From contig CM120649.1 of the NCBI GenBank assembly GCA_051362555.1, positions 7,874,001-7,938,000 of the forward strand: a stretch of DNA of 64,000 nt, read 5' to 3'. The first letter of the stretch is position 1, and every line of letters starts with the position of its first letter. A program made the position numbers and the translations under genes. The notes below the pieces were generated by a model. That model saw only the letters and a program-made list of their open reading frames with translations, made no database searches and was not told where the DNA came from. The DNA is from Lingula anatina (Eukaryota > Animalia > Brachiopoda). This document shows positions 13,501 through 26,600 of this stretch, piece by piece.

Positions 13501-14777
13501 TGTCTGTGCCACCTGCGATACTGAAACCAAGTCCTGCTCCACCCTGGAATACAAAAGATTCGTAGAAGTAGAAATAGGATATACATGGTCTCTCATGTAG
13601 GGGAAGGAAAAATTGGTTTGTCTATTCCCAATATCGGAATATGTTTGTATCCTTTTTCCGACTCCTTTCTCAGAAATTACTGTAAACAGGTAACAGTCTA
13701 TAGAATCATACTGGTAATTTTAAAAGTGTGGAAGTGTGAAAATGAAGTTATAATGGAAATGCTCTACAGCACCCACCCTTCCAATCTGTATCACCCACCC
13801 TTGCTATCTGTATCACCTACCCTTGCCATCTGTATCACCCACCCTTGCTATCTGTATCACCTACCCTTGCCATCTGTATCACCCACCCTTGCCATCTGTA
13901 TCACCTACCCTTGCCATCTGTATCACCCACCCTTGCTATCTGTATAACCCACCCTTGCCATCTGTATCACCTACCCTTGCCATCTGTATCACCTACCCTT
14001 GCCATCTGTATCACCCACCCTTGCCATCTGTATCACCTACCCTTGCTATCTGTATCACCTACCCATGCCATCTGTATCACCTACCCTTTCCAGTGCAATC
14101 TCTTCATATTCCCACTCTATGCCATCTCCATTCATCTGAAATGTAAATAAGAAACGTGTAATTCAGAAATATAATTACCAAATATTTGTCCAAGTCCAGG
14201 ATAATCTGATCTGATGTATACACTTATGGACTAAGTTTACACAGGTTAAAATGAATGCACTGAATCCCGTGGACTGCCAACTCCAAATCAACATTTTTTT
14301 ACATATCTGTCCAGCCCAATCTGTGATCAGATCAAACCTTGGTAACTCGTATCACAATAATTCCTCAATAATTTCAATCAAAAAACTATATTAATCATTT
14401 TCCAAAACAATGCTTTATCAAAAAACCTAGAAAGTACCATGCCATCATTATAAATACAAACCTAATGTTAGCAAACAGTCCACTATATTGTGAATAACTA
14501 AAAACTGAAAAGGATTGAAAAACTAACCGTTGGTAGACCTGGGGGTTTTGAAATGTAGGAATAATTTCAGAAGATATTAAGTCAAAACAGTGATCTGGGT
14601 AAGAGGGTTTGACTGTGTGCATGTTGAAAATTGATTTCAATAAATTGGAATAATCTGGTCATTAGAAAGCAATCCACTGGCTCCTCAGACTAAATATGAA
14701 AGTCAACATCCCTCAAAGTCCAGAGTATTATTAATGTACCAGGACCAAAATATTTGCTTCGGAACATTATGATTAAC

Positions 14778-14838
<61 letters not shown>

Positions 14839-17593
14839 CTCACGCATGCATGCACATTGCTGGACGAGTTGTGTCGTTAACTTGAACTGCAACCACGGGG
14901 CTATACTCTTTAGCCACTGCTATACTTTCCAACCAAAGAAAGCCAATCTAATCTCTCTGTTATCCCGCCCAATGGCACTGTTAATGAATGAAATTCTTTG
15001 TCTTAACATTGCCTTCCTACAGTTAAAATCAGATCAAACCATCAGTGAAAAAGGACAAGCTTCAAGTATATCAATCACAACTCTAATGGATATGTGGCTT
15101 TGATACTCCAGTGTCCAGCAAAGCCAAAGGTTTACATATGTATGTATACAAACTCTACTGAATGATTCATGCTGCTCACACTTTGACTGCTCTCTAGTGA
15201 ATTGCTAATTGCTCATCTTTCAATCTTTTGCATGATTCAGGAAGGTGAAATACTGGTCGATTATGTTTACTCAACCCTGGTGTAATTTGATTTGGTTTAC
15301 ATGAATCATAATTGGCAAATCTCTGGAAATACATTTCCCAATTTTGTGCACCTCTTAACAAGGGATCATTGCTTGGTAATATGTATTCTGCATACACATT
15401 TGAATTGGACTGAATTTACTTCACTGACATTCGACTTTTGCAGAAAGATGGCCACTGGTGCTACCTTTAAAATTCTGGACAGTACAATTGTCAATACAGA
15501 ATGTGCCCAATTAAAAATGAGACATCATCTGACAAAGACCATTCCTTGACATGGCTGATTGTACATCATACATAGCTGCAGAATCAACACTAAAATTTTT
15601 TAACTAACAACCAAATTTGAATCAATACCGTGTGTGTGTGTGTGTGTGTGTGTTTGTGTGTGCGCGCGGGCGCAAGAGTAAGCCATGACAGACAGCAGTA
15701 CATCATGCATAACCCCAGCCACACAATGTGATTACTATGGAATAAACACAAGTAATCTGTTGCCAAGTAAAGAAGGCAGAGGTGTTATGTCCTTTAAAAA
15801 TTGTTTTGTTTTTTTTTATCTCTAACTTTATACCTTTAGAGTAATGTACTTACATGTTGGGTCTCTGATGCCTCCAACTCTGCTGCCTGTGGCTGGAAAG
15901 TAATGAGAAATAATGTCATTATCACTGAAAAATAGTAGCCAGGGACACTAGAGTCCACTCTGATAACAATTAGCAGAGATAAATTATTCTTAAAAGACAA
16001 CTTAGCACAATAAGGGAAATCTATTCCTAATTGATAAGTCTTTCAAAAAGTGCTGCTTCTTTGGAAGAACAAAATGAAAAATCTTTTGAATTTATTTTTA
16101 GTTTTTATGTTACTGTTTTGACTAGAATATTTGATTTGGCTAAAAGTTCACACCCAACTGGCTAAAAACTTAATAAATGACTAATTCAAATTGATTTGTT
16201 AAAATTGACAAAATCTGCAGACAATTTTTCTTTGTGCTTTAATATATCAAAATCGAAATCAAAATCGATGCATCAGAGCTTTGGCGCATTTAAGATACAA
16301 TAAATTCGATAGAATGTCTTTGGGGAAGTTACGCTAGTAATGAAAAAGAATATTTATCTTAATTCCACATTGAGAGCGCTGTCAAACGCGTCCTAATGTA
16401 ATACACTCAACGACAATAAAACTTCTGCATGAATGTTTAATGCTAAAACAGAGTGCATGCCATCATCCTTTCTCACCCTTACAAATACATGTACTGTACA
16501 ACTTGATTCCAATATTCTGCCTTTCACTTAAAACCTGGCTATATTTACTGATGTTTTCCCTATGTATCACTTCCACACTTTAGTAAGTGCTGTGTAATGC
16601 AATAAGCCTCACACCACTAGCAATTTCAATTCTCTCGTGAAGTGAAATAATATCTTCATCAATCTGGTTTTAAAACACTTCTGACACTTCAAGAGTCCCT
16701 ACACAACTTCATTAATATCATGCCGGACCTTACCAGAAGGCAGCAAACGTTTCTTAGACAAAGACAATTCTAATGGAATATCCAGCCTAAAAGCCAGCAT
16801 TTCACTCACTTGGTTAAGTCGCACAAAAGTTGGATAATTCTGATACTTTGAAATAGAATGTAAGCCACCATGAGACCAAAACTGCTCTATCAGCTTTAGA
16901 AATACATCATTTTATCCACACACCAGTGGTAACAAATAGCATTTCCATAAATACTATAATAAAGGACTTAGTCGGGGGAATATGTGGTTGTCATGCCAAC
17001 AATTGGCTGCCTACTTTAATAATTAACATGTTGCACCTTCACTTGTCATCAGTGACTAATTCTGCAAACTAACATTTTTCAAATATTTCCACATTATTTT
17101 TTTGCATCAGGACAGCTCTTCAATTTAAACTCTAAATCACTACACACACAAACACACACACACATTTTAAAAAAAATATGAATCAGGCATAACTATGGGA
17201 GTGACTATAACTTAAATGCTAGAGTGTGGCTGCCCAAATTGACTTCACTCAATATCAAATATACTGTGCAAGGCTGAACAGCCCAATTCCAATGATCAAT
17301 ACCAAAATAATCGCTTTTTTACTTAAAGTTAAAACAAAGGGAATCAAATTAATAAATAAATACTTTCAACAATAAAAAAAGACTTCATGGTCATTTTGTG
17401 TACGCATTTCCCCAATACTCAATACCCTTACTTAATTTTCTTTTTTTCTATATAAAAATGAAAATCTTGCATCTTAAAATGAGGCTCATTATACTTGACA
17501 AACAATTACAGATACATAAATTTAAGTACCAGTTTGTTACAAAAAAATAAATAAAAACCTTATGCCAAAAAAATAAATAAATAAATAAAAATT

Positions 17594-17634
<41 letters not shown>

Positions 17635-20600
17635 AAATGCAAGAAATCCCTTCAAAAACTGTAGAATGATGCCCCTGTACCAGACAAAAACAATTAAACC
17701 TACACCCACAGGAAAGTAAAATGTACTAGGAGAGCTATCTCCAACCATAAGCTCTCTATCCCATATCCAGTACTCACATTCTCAAACATAATGGTATTGA
17801 CATATTTGTAAAAGCTGACGGACTTCTTGCACCTATGACGATGCCTGGCCCTCAAATAGGAAATCATAACTGGATACCAAAGTCTCTTTGGAAAGAACTC
17901 CATTCACGCCCCGCGTCACCCACTGCCAGCAGAGTGCAGCAACAAGATGATATTGATTTAATGTCCTCTATGATCTGTGGGGCAATGAGAAGCTGGCCAC
18001 ACAGAGGAACATACTGTATGCAAGAGGAAATTCAATTACGCTGACAGAAAAAACTATATTTTATAGGCGATGCAATCTGGGCCGGTTCTGCCTCAGCTGG
18101 GGACTGCTATACGTCATACTATCTATCTACCAACCAAATACCATTACAATGCTAATCTTAAATGCCTCATTGTCAAAAGCTGAAGACTTGATCAACAATA
18201 AAAAAGGCATGCATCCGTCACATATCACAGCAAATTGACCAAATCTGGACAGTCCCTACAGAAAGCTGACAAGAGACACTGAAGAAATAAGAGTTGGGAA
18301 GAACACGGGGGGGGGGGGGGGGGGGGGGGTTTGAAGGTACCTTTGAACAAAAAAGAAAGAAAGAAGGCAAAAATTGAACAATTTCGCAAAGATAAGTTAC
18401 ATATCTCTTAGTAAGCTTTAAATTAGACCAGATTCATGAGGCACCCGCTCTTAGGGAAACGGGACGCATTTATAAGGGAAATAAAACTTCTGGTAAAACA
18501 GGCCAATCTAACTGCTTCATGGCTGTGTTCAAGAATAGGAAAACTTATGCCAATAATTTTCTTTTTTTGCATTTACTCCCAGATTTAGTTTGACAGCAAA
18601 CCTTTCCAACATTCAACACCTTGACCAAGCTGTAGTCAACACTAAAACAACTTTCTTGAAGACAGAGCTGAACACAGCTCCTCATATCAGCGAAGCGTTC
18701 TTTCACTGTTGTCAGACTGTAGTGAACACTAAGACGTTTTCCGTGCAGACGGTGCCGAACACAGCCCCATATATTAGCTCGTCTCCTTGAGGGAAGTTTT
18801 CTCTCATTTCCTGAAAACTTAACTTAATTGTTGTCTACTAAATGCGATTACACGGGCTGCAGGATTGATTTCCAGTGCTTGCTACACCTAGGACCTGTCA
18901 GGAGCGGCTGAGACTACATGGACGGCACTCAGCAGACAGGGGAATTTGCTAAACCACTTTTGTAAAATTATCTCTCTAAGAGATTTAAATTAGATATTTA
19001 TATGCAAGCAATATATATGCTCCTTTTCTTTCTTTCACTCCTTTCAAAAGTCAATGGTGGCACATTTTCCTTCTTTAACAAATTAAAATAACTGTGTCTC
19101 AGCAGAAAATCCATTAATAGGGCTGTATTTCAGCAAAGCACTGAAAAAAAGAGGTCCTATGTAGTGACCCAAGCACCAATGACTCTAATTATAAAGAACA
19201 GAATAGTGTCCAGGTGCAGTTGTAATCATATAAAGGAAATCATAAGGTACGGTAATCTTTTCAATAGGGGAAAACTGTAAATTTTACAGATACAGTATTT
19301 TTTTAATAACCTCTTTTAATTGGAACAGTCCTGTTGACTTGTAACAACAGAATTTAAGCAGGACATTCTGTAGTCTATCCTATGCAGCAGAAATGCTTTA
19401 TAAAAATATATTTCTTAGCCATTATAAAATTATGTTTCCCAAAGTTTGATAGTTTTTGCCCACTGAAAAGATTGAGAAAATATCATAAATATTGCAAGTG
19501 ATCTCCATTGCTGAAGGCCGTGGACAAACCATGTTGTGGTCACCAACGAACGCCGCCTGTATCAGAAAACACCTTCAGTTGTGCACTTGGCATGTTATGC
19601 TACCAATCTTTTCTGGGTCAAAGATGATCAAGACTTAGGCTGGAAACCAAATTTCGACTTCAGCTCTTTTTTTTTTTCTTTTTTTTTTTTAAATGGCTGC
19701 TAGATCAAACATTTATATTTTAATCTATCTGTTTTCAAGCCATCTTTCTAAATGCTACATGCTAAAAATGCTAAACTAAAAGATTTTTTTAAATTCTACT
19801 TTCACAAAATTATATGTAATTTTGGTCAACATAATAGTCTAGTCGAAAAAGAAATCCCCAAAGCAGGTCTAGGATCAATTCATTTCCTTCTTTTCCATCC
19901 AATGTCCATGATTGGGTTGATGGCCTTTAAGTTACAAAAAGTTGGCACAATAAACATTTAGTCTCAGATGGCACTCGAGTTTTCTCCTCTTTATGGCCAA
20001 TCTTCTAGTTATAGGCAGCATATCTGAATAAGACACATTTCACAGCCACCATCAATACTCCATTCCTCAATCACTTCAGACATAACAACACAAGACAGGC
20101 TTTTGTCTGCTGATAAAGCAGCGGAAATGATGTCACATTTGGTGCTTTACGGAAGGTACTAACAAACCAAATGGTCTTGAATTTGCTATCATTTTGCTAA
20201 CTGCTGTGTGTTATTATTTGACTGCTTTTTTTTCCTCACTTGTCCATTCTCAAAGGCACTGGTTTCACCGACACCTAACATCTTAACATGAGAAAAGACT
20301 TGAATGATGTAAGTAAATCCTGAGGAACAAATTGGACATTTCATTTTATAAATTCTTCCACAAGTTATCGAGTGAAACCTGTACTTGCAGACCAAAAATT
20401 TCATACCAACCGTAGCAAATTCAATCAATCATAAAAACAACCTCCTTTGACAACTTTTTAACACCTTCTTTTTCACTTAAAAAAGAAGAAACCTAGGAAA
20501 ATGAATAAACATTCAGTCGCAGTCGCACTGAGCAGTGCTGTACTTACTGGTGGAGTGTCCAGGCGGCGCCACCTGCAGAGCCCCAATGCCAAACACAAGG

Positions 20601-23600
20601 CCTCGGTAGTGCTCATATCACTGTATACCTGCCGGACTACTTCACTCTGCATGGCCGACATCTTAGTCCTAACATAAACACAGCTGTTGGCTATGACAGC
20701 CACTTCTTTGTATATATCTATATCATATACTTCCTAAGTGTATAACAACTTTGTTGGGAATGAATCAAGAGCTTCAGCTTCAATTATCAGGCAAATCTGC
20801 TTTTTCCAATTATGACCACTTCAAAGTCCTTTGTGTCCCATCAAAGGCAATGATACCATGGCCAAAACACCACTTAAGTTTTTATCAAAAATTAAAAAAG
20901 GAGATTTGCAAGAGCCTACAAGTCCTGATTAATCTTTACTCATGCTGACGATTACAGCTGTGGAAATGTTTCTCTTGCGCAAGATTTGAAAGACCAGAGG
21001 TGTAATGTGCTTAGTCATTTCATTCCAGATTTTCCCACATCCAGAAACTCAGCAAAGTCTGTCACTAGTAACACTAAGATCTAGATGGTGATGGACAATG
21101 TCAGAACCTTCAATGTACATCCACACACATAGGTCATTATAACCAAGTCACTATATATCCATCCTTAGCAATGGACAGTATTGGCAAACCCACTAGAAAC
21201 TTAGGGAAGAAAGTCACCGCAGCAATTCTCTAAAACTTATACCCATATTTCAGAAGAGTGTGGAGTTGCAGTCAAGAAATTTCACTGTCCCTTATATTCC
21301 AAGTCTACACAACACAAATGAAATCCATAAATTAAGTTGCCTTAATCTCCGCATTCCATTCTTTAACCAAAGTTTCTCTACATAAAAACACCAGTTACTT
21401 TTTATGGTTCAAAATATATTCAAGTTTGCTTTTCCCACATCTAAATTCATCAACAAAGCGTGCACCACTGAACAGAATTCCAACGAAGCAGTCTTCCCCC
21501 ATGCACAAAGCATTCTACTTACGCGGAGCTTCCTAAAGCCTAGCGTCTTCAGTCGCCACCGTCTAACTGTCGCAGCAAAACAAAAGCCGTGTTTACTTAC
21601 GGACTGTTCTCTGTAGCCCATACGACGCAGGCGGCGCTTTAACATAGCACGTGTACAGCCTTTGGACATATCTGTCACAGTCTGGACACTTTTTTTTCTT
21701 AACAAAGATTCAGCTTGTTCCAGGTCAACTACAGCAGAGACCTCTATTGAGAATTTCCTGAAGTGACCCTGTTTGACAGAACGGTTTTATGGCATATCAT
21801 CAGGGCACCAGTTTATCAGGCTGCTCTCATCTTGACTCACGATTTATGAAAGATGGAACAAGCTTTTACGCCACTGCAATCACTCACTTAACGGTTCCCA
21901 CTGGTCCTCAAAGCCTGATCAACTTTTAGGTGAGAAAAAGGAAAGGTTGCAAAGTGCAGATGCCACACTCTCACACATGGTTCACTACTGCATCTGCAGG
22001 TCTTTTACCAATTGATACTATTCTTTAAGTCTTAAATAAAGCTTCATCTCTGGATTCTTTTCATTGGACGGGAGCCTTCGTGGAATTCACCAGTAGAAAT
22101 CATAAAAACCCTGACAAGAAACCAACAATGCTGTCTGTGGCATCAGGAAGGTGTTGAGCCTGGATTTCCAATTGAAACCTACACTCTTGACTTCGAAACA
22201 CCTCCGCTACCACCTTGACATCAGCCAACCCATGAAACCTGCCAGCAACGTTCTGACCCAGAGTTATGTCCAAGTATCTCCCTCCTATCAGTCCTATACA
22301 GGACAACCACAAACACTAGGAAAAAACGGTGGCAAAATAATCTACTAATTGTTTTAGAGAAGGCTCAGAGGACGCCATTAAGGCTATGGAAGGGCAAGAT
22401 AAAAAGGGGAAAATTGGTGCTGCCTAAGAAGTCTCGTTTACATCACATAATTCAACACAAAGCATTTCTAGACTGCTCAAACTAGTGTGTACACCATGCA
22501 ATATGTGGCCAGATATAAACTGCAGAATGTCCGATCACTGTGGTAAAAAAATATAATAATAAAAAAATTTAAAAAAACTAAATCTGATAATTTTTTATGA
22601 CCTACATATCCCTTACTAGTAAAATTATTGCTTAAGAAGTACGTAAATGAAACCTAACAAGTATGTTATTACAATGTTGACAGTTATGGGATGCAAACTG
22701 TGGGCTCATTCCAGATGCCACTTTTGTTCCACATAGATCAATGCAACTCCTCAGGGCCTCTTGCTGAATGCAATCAGATTAACATGCATGCCTCCTCTTG
22801 TTTCCAACGTACATGAATGATCAGCAACTTTTCTGTATTCTATTCAACACCAGGGGGAGCCGTTTGTCAATCTGTTTAACTAATTGCATTCAGCTAGAGT
22901 CCCCAAGGAGTTGAATTGGTCTAAGTAGGACATAAGTCCTGTGTTTACTTCCATGTCTAACACAAGGTGCTGCGCAAATAATAACTTAAATAATAATTGT
23001 AATCATCATTGGGAAAGGATTCAGAAGCACGACTCCATTCAATCGAATCAGGACCTATTGCCATGTGAACGGAACCGTATAGACGAAGTGCCATCAATTA
23101 TTCACCAAACTTCACACTTGCCCCGCGTAATGAAGATGGCTTCCAGCTTGTTCCAGACAATTTCAAAGCGGCTGAGATTTGTAAATGGATCATGGTCCCA
23201 CTTCTATGCCACATTTTCCCCCATCCCAGCTCAATTAGTCCTGAAATTATCTGGGCACAGACACTTTATAATCTAATTGCATCGTACATTATCAGGTCGG
23301 CTCCCCGTTTTTAAAATCTCTTCCCTTCAGCTAGAAGATTAATTCTGGGCTGGAGGTCAGTTTTAAGGAAACTATCCCCACCATGACATGCTCTCTTCCA
23401 GAACCCAGGATATGAAAACGCAGGTTACTACTGAACACCTCAGTGAGGTCAGTATTCTGCACACAGTGGTCAAAAGTCCAGTAAATGGAGGCCACTCTGG
23501 GGTCCAACACAGTGGTCAACACTCCAGTAAATGGAGGCCACTCTGGGGGTGCAACACAGAAGTCAACACTCCAGTAAATGGAGACCACTCTGGGGGTCTA

Positions 23601-26600
23601 ACACAGTGGTCAACACTCCAGTAAACGGAGGCCACTCTGGGGGTCCAACACAGTGGTCAAACTCCAGTAAATGGAGGCCACTCTGGGGGTCCAACACAGT
23701 AGTCAACACTCCAGTAAATGGAGGCCACTCTGGGGATCCAACACAGTGGTCAAACTCCAGTAAATGGAGGCCACTCTGGGGGTCCAACACAGTAGTCAAC
23801 ACTCCAGTAAATGGAGACCACTCTGGGGGTCCAACACAGTGGTCAACACTCCAGTAAACGGAGGCCACTCTGGGGGTCCAACACAGTGGTCAACACTCCA
23901 GTAAATGGAGGCCACTCTGGGGGTCCAACACAGTGGTCAAACTCCAGTAAATGGAGGCCACTCTGGGGGTCTAACACAGTGGTCAACACTCCAGTAAATG
24001 GAGGCCACTCTGGGGGTCCAACACAGTGGTCAACACTCCAGTAAACGGAGGCCACTCTGGGGGTCCAACACAGTGGTCAACACTCCAGTAAATGGAGGCC
24101 ACTCTGGGGGTCCAACACAGTGGTCAAAACTTCAGTAAATGGAGGCCACTCTGGGGGTCCAACACTGTGGTCAAACTCCAGTAAATGGAGGCCACTCTGG
24201 GGGTCTAACACAGTGGTCAAACTCCAGTAAATGGAGGCCACTCTGGGGGTCCAACACAGTGGTCAACATGCCAGTAAATGGAGGCCACCCAGGGGGTCCA
24301 ACACAGTGGTCAACACTCCAGTAAATGGAGGCCACTCTGGGGGTCCAACACAGTGGTCAAACTCCAGTAAATGGAGGCCACTCTTGGGGTCTAACACAGT
24401 GGTCAACACTCCAGTAAATGAAGGCCACTCAGGAGGTCCAACACAGTGGTCAACATGCCAGTAAATGGAGGCCACTCAGGGGGTCCAACACAGTGGTCAA
24501 CACTCCAGTAAATGGAGGTCACTCAGGGGGTACAACACAGTGGTCAACACTCCAGTAAATGGAGGCCACTCAGGGGGTCCAAAACAGTGGTCAACACTCC
24601 AGTAAATGGAGGCCACTCAGGGGGTCCAACACAGTGGTCAACACTCCAGTAAATGGAGGCCACTCTGGGGGTCCAACACAGTGGTCAACACTCCAGTAAA
24701 TGGAGGCCACTCAGGGGGTCCAACACAGTGGTCAACACTCCAGTAAATGGAGGCCACTCAGGGGGTCCAACACAGTGGTCAACACTCCAGTAAATGGAGG
24801 CCACCTTGGGAGTCCAATCAATGGCCTGCCCTCAGCAAACCACACCCAGGTTTTAAAATTACACTGTTTACATTGATTACCCTAGCAGTATTTCAAGATA
24901 CAACTCTTACCTCCTCCAAGAAGCGGGACTTTTTTCTTTGTATTCCTTTTTGATATTTTTATTAATTAATTAATTAATGTTTTTAATTTTAATTAATTAA
25001 TGTTTTTATTTTTTTTTAGGAGGGGGTGGGGGCTTATGTATTCTTAACACATTATCCTTCATTTGCTAATAATGTTAGTGAACTGCCTCCCCTCCCCCCC
25101 CCCCAACTAAATTTTTTTTTTAATTTGAAAAAAAAAAAAAAAAAAACAAGCCTAATATTTCAAACTTCGCATGGTCAACGTCTTACAATTCACCCTAGAG
25201 AAGATGAGAACTGCAATTTTCTATCTCTCTCCTCCCACTCTCAATACAACTGAAGAGTTGGTATTAGACTCTTAATTTCAATACAGAAATCGATACAGCT
25301 TGCAGACTGGGAAATGACCTGAACAAAATCAATACATGGAAAGTGTTTTTTAATTAACTTGTGTAATTGTTTGGCCCTATCATTTAATAAATTGAATTAA
25401 CTTGATGGAACTTGGTTTGTTAATTGCAAATATATACCATATATGATGATCACACACAATGTAAGTGAATCTATACATGATTCTTTTTTTTTTTTTTTTT
25501 TTTTTTGATAGAGACTAGTGCTGTATGTTCACATTATTATTCAGTGAGATGGAATCAACTTCACACAACTGAATTACATAATTACAACAGTACAATAATG
25601 GCAATTAACTCTCTATAGGATAATGGTAAATGTATACAGGATGAGAAAATGGACTATTTTAATTTGTGTTTTCATATGGTGTTGCAACTGATAATAACAT
25701 CTTGCCATAGTTTCAGCAAACAATCAATATAATTCACTGAAAATCAACCTAATTTCCAACCTCACATGATGCTTGCCTTGTAAACAGATAAAACACAATG
25801 ACGTATTTTCATGATGAGCCTAACTTGGCCTAGTTGAAATGTAAATGTTTTAGGTGCTCAGTGGAACAGGAGAAGATTTTATTTTCTGATTGTGCTAGAT
25901 GTGATCCATTGTCTTCTCTACTGCAATCACACTTCTACACCTATACAAACATGGAGAAGTAGGAGTGGGAGTAAAGTGACATTCACCCCACCCTCCCCGA
26001 TTCCAATTAAAATAATAATAAAAAAAAACCTAGCAACTAAGCCAGGGAACTGACATTTTTTTTTTTTTTTTTTTTTTGTGAATCTGGGGCCTGGTCTTAA
26101 AATTAATTTATTTCTTCCTTTTTACAGAACAGTCACAACATTTCATCTGAGTGGACCTCTACTGGGCTCAAAGAGGACTAAAAATATGTCATTTAAATCA
26201 AAACCCTGCATTAGAGCTAAGCTCTTATCAGCCACTGGCCCCAAACAGTGTGGCCTGCTTACCTCTGGTGGTGAAGGGGGAGGTGGTGACTCTGGCACCG
26301 GTTGCCTCTGTAAGGGCGGTGACGGCTGCTTGACTGTTGCTGGGGTAACTGTTGTTGTGGTGGTGGTTGTCGTGGTAATAACAGCTGCTGGGGGTTTTTG
26401 CTCTTTAGTAGGTGAAGATTTGTTTTGCATCAGCTCTGGAGGCGGAGGAGGGAGCTCTTCATCACGCTTCTGAAAATAAACGAAGTTTTATTCATGATTT
26501 ATTAATCAAAACACTTTTTGCTTCAGCTGAACAACTGCTGTTCTTTTCTCTTCAATTTTCAACCAAAGTGACTTCTAAGAGTTTTTATCATCACATATTA

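Noticed and set aside
16734-16800. [22 protein letters not shown] followed by gtaagg as a first exon
   Set aside because: The donor falls in phase 1, incompatible with downstream phase-0 exons.
23461-24815. Regular 47-bp array resembling a CRISPR array; ORFs across it
   Set aside because: Head-to-tail units with no unique spacers, eukaryotic intron, no cas genes; 46/47-nt units shift frame, so the ORFs are artefacts.
26078-26473. 131-aa plus-strand ORF
   Set aside because: Antisense shadow of the low-complexity dlg1 exon 4.
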